Origin: Geosiphon pyriformis uo1
Lineage: Eukaryota; Fungi; Glomeromycota
Assembly (NCBI GenBank): GCA_016748015.1
Contig: JAAOMT010000590.1
Span: 302,544 to 366,543, forward strand
Length of the DNA stretch: 64,000 nt
Direction of reading: 5' to 3'
Positions 25,496 to 37,414 of the stretch are shown piece after piece (positions within the stretch are counted from its first letter, which is position 1; each line of letters begins with the position of its first letter). The position numbers and the translations under genes are program-made. The notes under the pieces are model-generated. The model did no database searches and was not told the origin of the DNA. It was given only the letters and a program-made list of their open reading frames with translations.

Positions 25496-28400
25496 AAATA
25501 ACACAGCAACAACAAATTCAAAGTGGCGACTGCCTCAGACATCACAACCTTAGAGTACTATCAATCGATTTACACACACTGCAAACAACAATTTGAAATA
25601 CGCGATGGAATCATAGCTTTCAAGAAAACACTTTTTCAATACATCGAAAATCGAATCAACAACTACCTCTTTGGAAACTATAATATTACAACAGTTAAAA
25701 GAGATCTTATTGAGAACATACTATACTATTCCAACACTGAATCAGAAAACATTAGTACTGAAGCTTGCGCTACTTATTTTAAAGAACTTGATTATAATAT
25801 TATTCAATTCTGTGAAGAAAAATATTCTGCAAACACACAATTTGTCTTTGAACTCGAATCTGAAACTGAAACCAGTAGCAACAAAAGACAAAGAGATAAC
25901 TGACCTGTTCACACAACACCCAATACTCCCAAAATATCATTCAAACATTTACAAACACCTGAACAAGGAACCAGTTCAAAACTTCCACTTACTATCACAC
26001 CTTTTTCAGCTTCACTTGCACAAGCACAAACACCTAATTCACCCTTAAATCGATTTGCAAGACCAGAAGATTTTACATTACTCAGAAGTCCCACTAGACA
26101 ACAAGAACCCCTTCAAACTAGTTCCAATCTCCTTGATTTTCTAACTGAAAATCAAAGTGAACACTCTGAGACAGCAGCAAACAAAGAAAACAACTCTGAA
26201 ATAACTGAAAAAGAATCAATAGACAGTGAAAAGGAAGAAGACGAAATGACAACATACATCGCAAAAATCCCTGAATTCAGTGGAGAAGATATTGAGACCA
26301 GTCCCCAAGAATGGCTCAACCAAGTTACTAAAGCTGGAGATGCAAATGGATGGAATGCTGCCAGAATGTTAAGAACAATTCCCTACTTTCTCAAAAGAAC
26401 AGCAGGAGAATGGTTTGAAAACTTGGCCACCCCATTTAATGATTAGAATGCTTTCAAAGCAGCCTTTCTTGAACAGTTCACCGACAATAACACCTCCATC
26501 ACTCTTCGCAATTGTTTTCGAAATATCAAACAAAAACTCTTCAAATCTGTTATGACTTATATTGGGAAATTCAACAAACTTCTCAGACGAATTCGCCAAC
26601 TCGAGACAAATGATTATTATTCTGATGCTCAAATTTTGGATCAATTTATCACTAGTCTAAAAAATAAACTAATTAAAAAGATTTGCTCACATGTGCCAGA
26701 AGATTTAAACTCTGTCATACAGCATGCGAAAAGATACGAAATGGCCATAGAAGAGGCCAACCGCACAAAACTTGTAAATTTGGCAATTGGAGAAACCAGT
26801 TCAGCAGCCAAGGAAAAAATTGACCAACTCACAAAGAAGGTTGAAAACTATTTCACCAATCAACAACAACAGCAACCCCAAAGATATCAACCACCCCAAA
26901 GATGAAATCAAAATAACTTTGCACCACTTTCCAATAACCAGCCTCAGAATTGCCATTACTGTAGAATCTCTGGCCACTGGAAAAGAGATTGCAGAAAGCT
27001 ACAACAAGACCAACAAAATAGAAGTAATCAACATTACCCTTCACCACAGCAATCTTATTATTAACCGCCACCACCAGCTTACTATCCATCAAGACCTCAA
27101 TACCAAAATAACTATCATTAGCCCACTCCACAGCCAATCCCACAGCAATACCAACAACCGTTCACACAACATTATCAAGTATCTGCTTGAAGACTGCTTA
27201 CACAAAATCAATTCACACCACAAAACCGATACCAAGCAAACAACAATAGAATTAGTTCGAACAACCAATTGGTTCCCTGAAATACCACTCAACCAAGACC
27301 CAACTACTACCACACTCAATCCAGTTATTTAACAATGCCGGAAGAACAGGATTTTCACTATACTGCACTCTCGGAAGGTAGAGCTGCAACACAACAACAA
27401 AACCCTTCCTATACTCCCACCACAATTCCACCAGCCAGAATCGCTGAAAACGCTAACCTTTCAGATATATTCCCTTTTGAATTCAAAGCAAATGAGTCAC
27501 CATTTCTGCTTAGCAATGCAGCCACCAATGAACAAAAAGCAATCATGGTCATATACACTGAAGCCAAAGTCAAAGGAAAGACAATTTGCTTGATCCTAGA
27601 CAGTGGATCTGCTGGAAGCATTATCACTTACCAGTTAATGCAACAGTTGAAAAGAAATGTCAACCAACCAGCTCAAACAGTAATTGTCACTGCTGATGGC
27701 ATGAAAAAGACCCCAGTAGGAGAAATTGACAATTTTCTGTTCACTCTTGATGGAATCACTATTCCAGTCAAAGTTCTTGTAATGAACGCACCCCAATACC
27801 AAGCTCTCGTCGGAAATGATTGGCTTCAAAAAGCCAATACTAATCTGAATTGGGAAACACAAGAGTTAATAATCTCCTACCAAGGACAACACGCCTGGGT
27901 ACCTGCCATTTGTAGTACATTCAACAAACACTCTGAAAAAGCCCCGGCTTTTGAATTTGAACCAGAAGAGGAAAAACCCCTCATTGAAACATTCATGGCT
28001 CTTGGATCAACATCCAACTGGGCCGAGGAAACAGAACAAGAACATTTTACCGCACACTTTGAACCTAAAACCTCTGGATAGAATATACCTTACTTAAAAC
28101 CCAAACCAAGAAAACAACGTTCCTATATTCCCCTTAAATGTAAGGACTGCCACAAGAAACTATTGTCAATGGGAGCCTGCATTTTACCTGAAGAAAAATA
28201 TAAAAATCATACTTGTTATTACTACAAGGCTTGCCACAAAGAACAATAGGGCCATCTAATAAAAAGAAGCAGAAAATGGGACAACACCCCTTGTTTGACT
28301 TGTGGAGATATGCTACCAGAAGAATGCAATTGGATTGATGTAGCCATGAGAGGAGGAGTCTGCGATCAGATCTGCCAATATGCTTTATCAATTTCAGAAA

Positions 28401-28869
28401 AAGTAAAAAGAGGAACACTCTTTAATGCAGCATACAACAGTGCTTTCAACAAACTTTATCACTACCCCCATAATGCCGAAATGATTTTTGACCTAGCAAT
28501 GGCATTAATTAATAGAGCTACTAAAGAAGATGTTCGCCAAATGAAGGAAGCAGAATACATTGAATACACCATGGAATTAACTGGATTCGATTACGAAGAT
28601 AAAGTAGAAGTCTACTACCAAATCACAAGTCACACCTATCCAACCCAAGAAGCTCAAATTCAATGATTAGAGCAAATAAACATTAAGCTATGTGAAGAAT
28701 GTATTATGCCTTGTGATGAACAGTGGTGTCCTGAATGCTACGCTCTTAGCATTCCCTTGTCCAGCAAAAATAATAAATACGAAATTGAATTTGGAGAACT
28801 TGAAGTGACAGAAGAAATTGAGACAACACCCATCTATCTCATTGAAAATCAGCCTGCTTTACAACTCAA

Positions 28870-29290
28870 ATATTTTAACAACAATGGACAAGGAATAAAA
28901 CCAGAAAAAGCCCACAAGATCAATGCTGGATATGATCTAAGATATCCAGGAAAAGATACTCTTACTCTCAAACCCAAATCTCTCACAAAAATCAACCTCA
29001 AAATTGTCCTCGAAATCCCACCAGGAGCAATGGTTCAAATTGCTTCTCGATCATCTTTGGCAAGCAAAGGAATCAATGTTAGAGGAGGAATCATCAATGC
29101 TGGATACACAGGAGACATCACAGTCATGTTACAAAATGAAACTGATAAACCTTTCAAAATTGAATATGCTGAAAAAATTGCTCAAGCTATCTATCTACCC
29201 TTAATCAACATTTCGGGTTTACAATTAGTTAATCAAAGAGAACAGTTGGGAAAAAGCGAAAGAGAAACACAAGGTTTTGGTTCAACTGGA
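28870..29290 (+). pseudogene. dut: C dUTPase domain
   Basis: NAGYDL, SRSSLA, GGIINAGYTG, EKIAQAIY, RETQGFGSTG. Confidence 0.92.
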
Positions 29291-29698
29291 CATTTCACAG
29301 TTCCAGTAAACATAGCTCTCAATGAACAGAAAGAATCTCACCAGATTTTACAACTTCCACAACCAATTACCATTTCACCCTTTGGAGAACACCCTGAAAT
29401 TTACATTTGTGAAAAGCCAACAACCACACAACAAATTTTTGAATCAAACGAACAAATCTGCTTGAAACATAAAATTTCGATCCCAAACATTTATATTCCA
29501 GAAGGAACAAAGAAAGTCTGAGTTACTTTTTACAATCCCAACAATTATCCCATAGTTTTATTAAATAACTTAGAAATTGGAATCATTTACAGTAACATCT
29601 TTCAACAAGAATTACCCCAAACAGTCCTTGATTTTTCTGAAATTATTGGACATTTACTACCAAAAATCAATCCAAACCCCAGCTCTGAAAACTACCAT

Positions 29699-30423
29699 TG
29701 TTACGGTTTAAGAATTTAGCAAAAAGAATCATAAAAATAATACAAACTATTCAATCATAATATAGCACAGTAATAATCTTAGAAAGATAATGATTAACAT
29801 AGTAGCAAACACCATCTCGCGATAGTGGCAAGCACCAGTTCACAATAGCAGCCAACACCAACTGGTGATAGCAGCAAGCNNNNNNNNNNNNNNNNNNNNN
29901 NNNNNNNNNNNNNNNNNNNNNNNNNNNNNNNNNNNNNNNNNNNNNNNNNNNNNNNNNNNNNNNNNNNNNNNNNNNNNNNNNNNNNNNNNNNNNNNNNNNN
30001 NNNNNNNNTTATTGAATGAAACTATCATTCATCAACTGAATCCCTTGGAAGAATAATCCTTGATCAAAATTATTCACGTTGTTACTAATTGATAAAAGCT
30101 TTATTGTGAGAATTAGAAAAGCGCTAAAGACCATTAACATTCTGTGTTTCTAGATTAGAGAAACACATTAGGCAATTGCAAGGATAGCCTCAGAGAAGAC
30201 CCCAGACAGTGGGTAGATTTCAGTTCAGCCTCTGAGAAGGAGTACATAAACACACATAACAATCAAGAATTAAAGAATAACTTACATCGCAACAGTAAAA
30301 AGAAAGCCTTCAGTGTAACAGTGACATTATCACACAAATAGAATTGAGGAACTCACGAAAGACTGATTGCAATTAAAGCGGGATATCAGCAATTAAATAT
30401 AACAAGAAAACCATCCCATAACA
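29699..30423 (+). mobile_element. Family-B LTR inserted in C (solo LTR, or a full element collapsed at the N gap 29880-30007)
   Basis: Matches 12913-13781; TSD CCAT at 29695-29698 and 30424-30427. Confidence 0.88.
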
Positions 30424-31909
30424 CCATGTTATCATGGAAAAACTATCTCGAATCAATATGGAACAACTTGAACCACAACAACAGACCCAGCTCAAAGAAC
30501 TAATTGCAGAATTTGCTGATATCTTCACTGAAAACAACAATGACTTAGAAAGAACCGATTTGGTCCAACACCAAATTTATACAGAAGATGCCAAACCAAG
30601 AAGACAACAAGCATATTGAGTTGCTCCAGAAAGCCACCAATTTATCCGAAAAGAAGTACAATAGATGCTTAACAATGGGCTTATCCAATTATCAATGAGT
30701 CCATAGGCCTTACCAGTGGTCTTAGTTAAAAAGAAGAATGGAAAGATATGATTTTGTGTTGATTATTGACAACTTAACAGTGTCACCATTGGGGATGCTT
30801 ACCCTCTTCTGCGAATTGATGACATGTTAGATGCCCTTGGAAAATCTAAATACTTTCAACATTAGACCTAGAAAGTGGATACTGGCAAGTTGCCATGGAT
30901 CCCAAAGACTGCCCCAAAACAGCATTCACAACACAAGGAGGAAACTACGAATTCAATGTAATGCCCTTTGAATTATGCAATACGCCAGCAACATTTCAAA
31001 GACTCATGAATGTTGTATATGCTGGACTCTTTTGGAAATCAGTAGTTGTCTATCTTGATGACACTGATGTTTATTCCCCATCTTTTGGACTTCATTTAAT
31101 TCATCTGTGAAAAGTTTTTCAATGATTACATAGAGTAGGATTAAAACTAAATATTGAAAAATGCCATTTTGGAAAAACAAGTTTGGCCTTTCTTGGTCAC
31201 ATAGTTAGTGAAGAAGGAGTCAAACCAGATCCAGGAAAAATCAGTGCTGTTAAGAACTTCAAAGTTCTATGAAATACTACAGAACTAAGAGGATTTATAG
31301 GATTAGCATCCTACTATCGGAAGTTTATCAAAGGATTCTCGGAAATTGCAAAACCTTTCAACTAGCTCACCACCAAAAACATGGAATACAAATAGACTAC
31401 TGAACACCAAAAAGCTTTTGAAATTCTCAAGAAAAAACTGACAACAGCCCCAATTCTCGCCTACCTGGATTTCAGCAACCAATTTTGACTAGCTACAGAT
31501 GCTTCATATACTGCCTTTGGTGCCATCTTATCACAACTAGATGACAATGGAAATGAGCGAGTAATTGTTTATGCTAGTAAAACATTAAAACCAGTTGAGA
31601 AAAACTACCCTGCCACAGAACTAGAAACAGCAGCTGTAATTTGGGCCCTACACCACTTTAATCTTTATCTCAGGCTTAAAGAATTTGATATTATCACTGA
31701 TAATATTGGACTCAAATGGCTTCAGAACAAAAATACTCAGCTAAATGCAAAACAAATCTAATGGACAGGATTTCTAGCAAATTATCAATACATAGTACAT
31801 CACAAACCAGGAAAACTCCACACCAATGTTGACTGTTTCTTCAGAATGAGACAAAATTAGAAAACAAAAACCAACACTCAACTTAACCAACCAAAAGAGC
31901 CAACAAACA

Positions 31910-33295
31910 ATGAATTCAGAAAACTACAACAATCTCAAACAATATTTGGAAACATTAACAATTCCAACAGATTGGTCTCCAGATAAAAAACATCAACTAC
32001 AACAACAAGCCAAACAATATTTTCTACACAATAACATTATTTATCATCGAAATTTCAAAAACCCAGACAAACCACTCAGACTAATACAAGAACAGGAAAA
32101 AGAGACCATATTATACAACATGCACTTAGATCCTTCATCAGCACACTTCAGAAAAGATAGCACCACTCAAAGAACACTAGAATACTACTTTTGGCCTTAA
32201 ATAAGGAAAGACATTCATGAATATGTCGAATCTTGTGATAGTTGTCAAAGAAGAGGAAGAACACGCCCTACTAAACCATTAAATTCAATCAAAGTTGGAC
32301 AACCCTTTGACCAAGTTGGTATCAATTTAGTCAGACCATTATCTATTACCACTCAAGGAAACCGTTATATTGCAGTAGCTGTAGACTATCTTACTAAATG
32401 GTCCGAAGCCAGAACCATTCAATGAGCAGATGCGAAATCAGTAGCAAATTTTATCTATGAAAACATCATTTGTAGACATGGATGTCCAATTGAACTTTTA
32501 TCTGATCAGGAGACATATTTTGTGAACAACCTAATACAAAAAATTTGCAAACAATTCAATGTCAAAAGACCTCTGTCTTCACCCTATCATCCACAAACAA
32601 ATGGACTTGTGGAACGTTTTAACAGAACATTGTGTGAGTTATTAGCCAAAGTCTCAACCAATTTTGAGCAAGAATGAGATATTTTTATTCCATTAGTGTT
32701 ACTAGCATATAGAACACTAAAACAAGATACCACAAAGCACATACCATTTGATTTAACTTACAGAAGGACAGCAATGCTACCAATTAAGTTTACAGTGGAA
32801 ACATACTCAGCACAACCAATCAATAAAAACAATTTTCAGGAAACACTTTAATGAAGAGCTTACACTCTGCTTAGCATGTTGGAAGAAAAACGACAAATAG
32901 CAGCCACCCATATTGAAAACTCCCAAGCTTGACAAAAAAAACGGCATGATAACAAATTGCCTCCAGTTACCAATAAATTTAAAATCGGAAACAAAGTTTT
33001 CTTACACAAAACTAAAGCTGAAAAACAATGGAGTGAGAAATTTGAAAATAAATGGGATGGACCATTTTTTATTCATGAAGTTTTAAACAATGGATCATAC
33101 AAGCTAAGACTTGATGACAAAATTCTAGCAAAAGTTGCACATGGAGATCGTTTGAAACACTATAATTCCAGAAACAATCTTGAACTATTAATTCCACAAA
33201 TTGGTACACATTCTCTTTTAATCAATTCCGAAGACATTCCCTGAAATTTAGAACCAGTAGTTGTTATTGAACAGCCTCCCAACTTGAACACTTAA
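31910..33295 (+). pseudogene. int: C integrase (HHCC, DDE core, GPY/F module, no chromodomain) in its own ORF
   Basis: ATG at 31910. HLDPSSAH...CDSC; VAVDYLTKW; LLSDQ; SPYHPQTNGLVERFNR; WDGPF. Several TGA/TAA stops derived from Trp/Arg/Gln codons. Confidence 0.92.
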
Positions 33296-33416
33296 TTTAA
33301 ATTTATTATTATAGTTATCTTCTTATAATTTAGAAACAATCTCACAAAAACAAAACAAAAATAACATAAAAACCCATACACCAAAAATAATTTTCTTTTA
33401 TTTTAAATTGCTTATA

Positions 33417-34093
33417 ATGACTATTCCTCAAAACATTCAACAATTATCTCAAAAACTAATGTTAGCTTTAAAAACAATACCCGAATTATCTATTACTGTT
33501 ATTGGAAATTATATTAATTATACCCAAACAGAAGTAGTTACAAATTTAGCCCCAAATTCACGAAAATATCACCTGTATAAAAAGAACACAAAAAGTTATA
33601 CTGGAATTCACCTGCCAGAACTTTTAAAGCTTGCTTTAAGAGAAAATCTAATGCTCACTCTGATTAGTATTCCACCAAATGCTACAATTTAACAAAGACT
33701 TCAACTGTGTTTCAATAAGGAAAACACTGAATATCCTCCAATCTATAGATATTTTCACATTGGAAAAACACTCTACAAACAGAAACTGGAACTTACAACA
33801 GCAAACCTCACAAAAGAAGCTATTCAGAAACAACTCCACAATAAATTCAAGACAACAGCTGGATCAACAAACAGTCGCTACAGGCTCAGAGCTGTTCTTA
33901 GACTTTATAACCTATTCTACACCTGTAAAAACGTACTACAAAACCCAATATTTCAACCTTTGAAGATTCAATACATTGGAAAGCTCACAGAACTGAAATT
34001 TCAACATTTTTCAGACCAAATTTCTTCAATAATTTTGGATTATTATCTGGAAATAACAAACAGTACTTGGACTTTGATGGAGCTCAGTCTTGA
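33417..34093 (+). pseudogene. C ORF3, unknown ~225 aa protein between integrase and PPT
   Basis: One frame is open from ATG 33417 to the PPT with a single TAA (33690). Its C-terminal part resembles D 37245-37330. Confidence 0.65.
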
Positions 34094-34104
34094 GAAAAAA
34101 ATTA

Positions 34105-35093
34105 TGTTACCAGATGAAATTAGAGATATTATTTAGCATGAAACTATCTTATAATTCTTATCATTAATTAGCATATATTATCATTCAAATTATCACTTAT
34201 TACATTAAAAAAAAAAAAAAAATGTCCGAAATTATCATTTAATTAATAACCCAAATTGTACACAACACAAATATAACCTAATTATGATGATCAATCATGC
34301 AATACCCCGAACTATGTAATATTCAAAAGTTTGCCGAAATTTATAGAAATTTGTCAAAATAATTGATAGTTTACTGAAATATCTAATAGTTCACAGAAAT
34401 AACTTGTAGTTCGCCGAAATGTATCTTTAGTTCAGCGAAATTGTAGAAAATAGCAAAGTTCAAGTTCATAGAATAGTGTTACGACAAGTTGTATAAAAGA
34501 AAAGCTTCTTTTTTTGAAAAAATGTATCTTACTTTAGTTTTATCACTTAGAACTATTCCTACACACACAAAAAGAAATAAATATCAAATAATTCGAAAAA
34601 CCAAATTTTTTAATTATTTGTACTTAGAAAATCTCTAAGAACCCAACTAACATTTTGAAATTGATTAGCTACCAACTTCAGTAAACTGTTAATGACTCCA
34701 GGCCTGAATTGAAAACGTTTCCCTTGACAGAATTTCATTTCTTTTACATTTTTTTATTTTTTTTTTTTTATTTTCTTACTATAATCATTAGGGTAGCCTA
34801 CAGACAAGATTTCTGTAGAAGAGTTGACTTTTACCGCAAAGTAACTATACATTTTAGTAAGCTTCCAGACAAGCAATTTCTGGGAAAGAGTTGACGTTTA
34901 CTACAACATAACTACATAAAGTAACTGGCACGAAATTGGCCATTTCACTTATAAGCCCAGCAATTTAAATTATAGGAGATAATTTGAAGATAAATTCAGT
35001 TACTGGAGGTTCAACCACATTCAGAAAATGTAAATTCACAGCAAACAAGCATCGACAACATTTAAAAAAAGAGACCAAAAACCTCCAGTAACA
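34105..35093 (+). repeat. 3' LTR of C (989 bp)
   Basis: Direct repeat of 24493-25477; preceded by a decayed PPT at 34092-34104. Confidence 0.95.
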
Positions 35094-35335
35094 GCAGTTA
35101 TAAAATGGAAAAAATATTTAAGCCAAAAATTTGATGTATATACTGATCACAAAAGATTGACATCAATTCAGAAACAAAAATTTGGAAACAACTACCATGC
35201 CAAAAGAAAATTAGAATTTTTATTATTCAAATATATTGTATATTATAAAAAAGAAAAAGAAAATAGAAATTTTGATGGTTTGTTGTGAATGAAACAAATC
35301 TAAAAACATTTCAAAACCAAAAATATAACAAAAAA

Positions 35336-36713
35336 ATGGATACACAAAAATATCAACAACTTTAACACTATATTAATACCCAGTAGTTTAAGAAGAAATT
35401 ATCTCAAAAAGAATGAAACAACATAAAAACAATCAAAATATTTTATTACTTACCAAAATATTATATTAGAAAAACAGAAAAGATTCAAATCAACCACTCA
35501 GAGTAATCACAGAACCAGAGAAAGAAACAATACTATACAACATGCACTCAGATCCAACAACAGAACATTTTTATAAAGAAGCAACCATAGAAAAAACCAG
35601 AAAATAATATTATTGGTTATTAATGTATCCAGACATTATTTAATATGTTTAAAATTGTGATGCTTGTCAGAGAAGAGAAGGAATAAAACTCAGTAAATCA
35701 CTAAGACCAATTAAAATAAGACAACTATTTAATAGAATTGAAATTGACTTAGTTGAACCATCAATAATAACCAGCAAAGACAATTGTTATATAGCAGTAG
35801 CAATAGACTATTTCACAAAATAGTCAGAGGTGAAGGTAATTCAAAAAACAAATACAGAATCTATAGCCAAATTTGTTCATCAAGACTTGATTTGTTAACA
35901 TGGATGTTTAAAAAAATTATTATCAGACCAAAAAACTCACTTTGTAAACAGAACATTAATGGAATTAATCCAAAGATTTAGAATCAAAAAACTATTATCA
36001 TTATTATATTATCCACAAACAAACAGTTTAGTTGAAAGATTCAACAGAATATTGTGTGAAGCAATTGCCAAAATCAGTCAAAAAAACCAAGAAGAATAAG
36101 ATTTGTTTATATTATCAGTATTATTTGCTTATTAGACAATGAAACAAGATACTATACAAACAACATCATCTGAATTTGTTTATAGTAAAACAGCAATATT
36201 ACCAATGAAAATAAAAATCAATATATATTCAACTGAATCAATAACAGAAGCCAACTTCCAAAAAACATTGTTAAAAAGAACATACAAATAATAGAAACAT
36301 TGGAAAACAAAAGACAAAAAGCAGCTGATAACATTCAAAAATCACAAAAAAAACAAAAAAAATAACATAATAATCAATTACCAAATAAACCAGTTGAATT
36401 CAGAATTGGAGACAAAATACTCTTATATTGTACCAAAGCAGAAAAACAATAGAATGGAAAATTTGACCCCAAATGGAACAAACCATTTCACATAGAAGAA
36501 ATTTTAGGAAATAGAGCTTACAAACTAAGATGAGATAATAAAATCTTAGTAAAAGCAGCATATAGAAATTGACTGAAACCATATTCTAATACAGTATTAT
36601 CATCTACTAATAATATTTTACAATTGGGAGTACAACAAATATTAGTCCAACCAGATGAGATTTCATGAGATTTAGAACCAATTATAGTCATCAATACAAA
36701 CACATCAAATTGA
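35336..36713 (+). pseudogene. int: D integrase, degenerate, own ATG
   Basis: MDTQKYQQL start; HSDPTTEH...CDAC; YYPQTNSLVERFNR; C-terminal DLEPIIVI. Confidence 0.85.
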
Positions 36714-37414
36714 TCAAACAAAATAGTATTTAAAAACATAGTAAACACAACCAAAAGCAACAATAAAAAATAAAGATTACCAATAATATCTACTCACTTA
36801 TACAACAACTATTCCAATTAATTCAACAAACAAATATAGAAATCACAATTAATCAACAAATTATTTAGTACAAAGATAATAAAAAAAAACCCCAATACAA
36901 AACACATGAAAAACTGGAAAACACTATAAACAAGATAATAGCAAAAGTAAAATTGTCAATGGAAATACCAGAAACAGTTATACTATATTAAAAATTGACA
37001 AAAAAAACTTGGAAGTAGTAAATACAACAATTTTCAAGAAACTTTTGTTATTATTACTTGAGGCAAAACCTGAATATTCAGAACTTATACACAAATAAAA
37101 CAAAATGGGTATTTAACACAATAATACTATAACAACTTAAACAATTTGTGAGGAAGAATAATCTGTTTACATAAACATGAGCCATTTATTAACTATATGC
37201 CAGATTTTAAGATCAATTAGCAATACTACTTAATAAAGTAATAGATAGAGTTACTATTAACTAATTAGAAAAAATAACCAATGCCCAATTTGAAGAATTA
37301 CAGATCCAAATAACTCACATAATTCTTGAAAAAAAAGTTCAAAAGTTAATTAAAGAAGAAAAGTTAGGAGAGATAGGAGATTTCAATAGAGCTCAATATT
37401 AAAGAAAGAGATAA

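Larger units (their letters stand above)
25523..31860 (+). pseudogene. gag-pol: C gag-pol polyprotein: N-terminal extension, capsid, CCHC, protease, Cys-rich domain, dUTPase, RT, RNase H
   Basis: ORF pieces at 25523, 26246, 26552, 27335, 28295 and 28706 share one frame. Knuckle CHYCRISGHWKRDC at 26951. LILDSGSAGS at ~27590. YLDD at 31051. LATDASY...ELETAAVIWAL...ITDN. Stop TAG at 31858-31860. Confidence 0.92.
24493..35093 (+). mobile_element. LTR retrotransposon C, structurally complete (gag-PR-Cys-rich-dUT-RT-RH; IN; ORF3), with premature stops and a B LTR insertion
   Basis: LTRs at 24493-25477 and 34105-35093. TSD GCAG at 24489-24492 and 35094-35097. The host RNase H reads EHLAIYWA|VIKWKKYL across the site. 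Confidence 0.95.

Noticed and set aside
33170-33295. Chromodomain at the integrase C-terminus
   Set aside because: Only ~40 aa follow the GPY/F module and no chromodomain aromatic pattern is visible.
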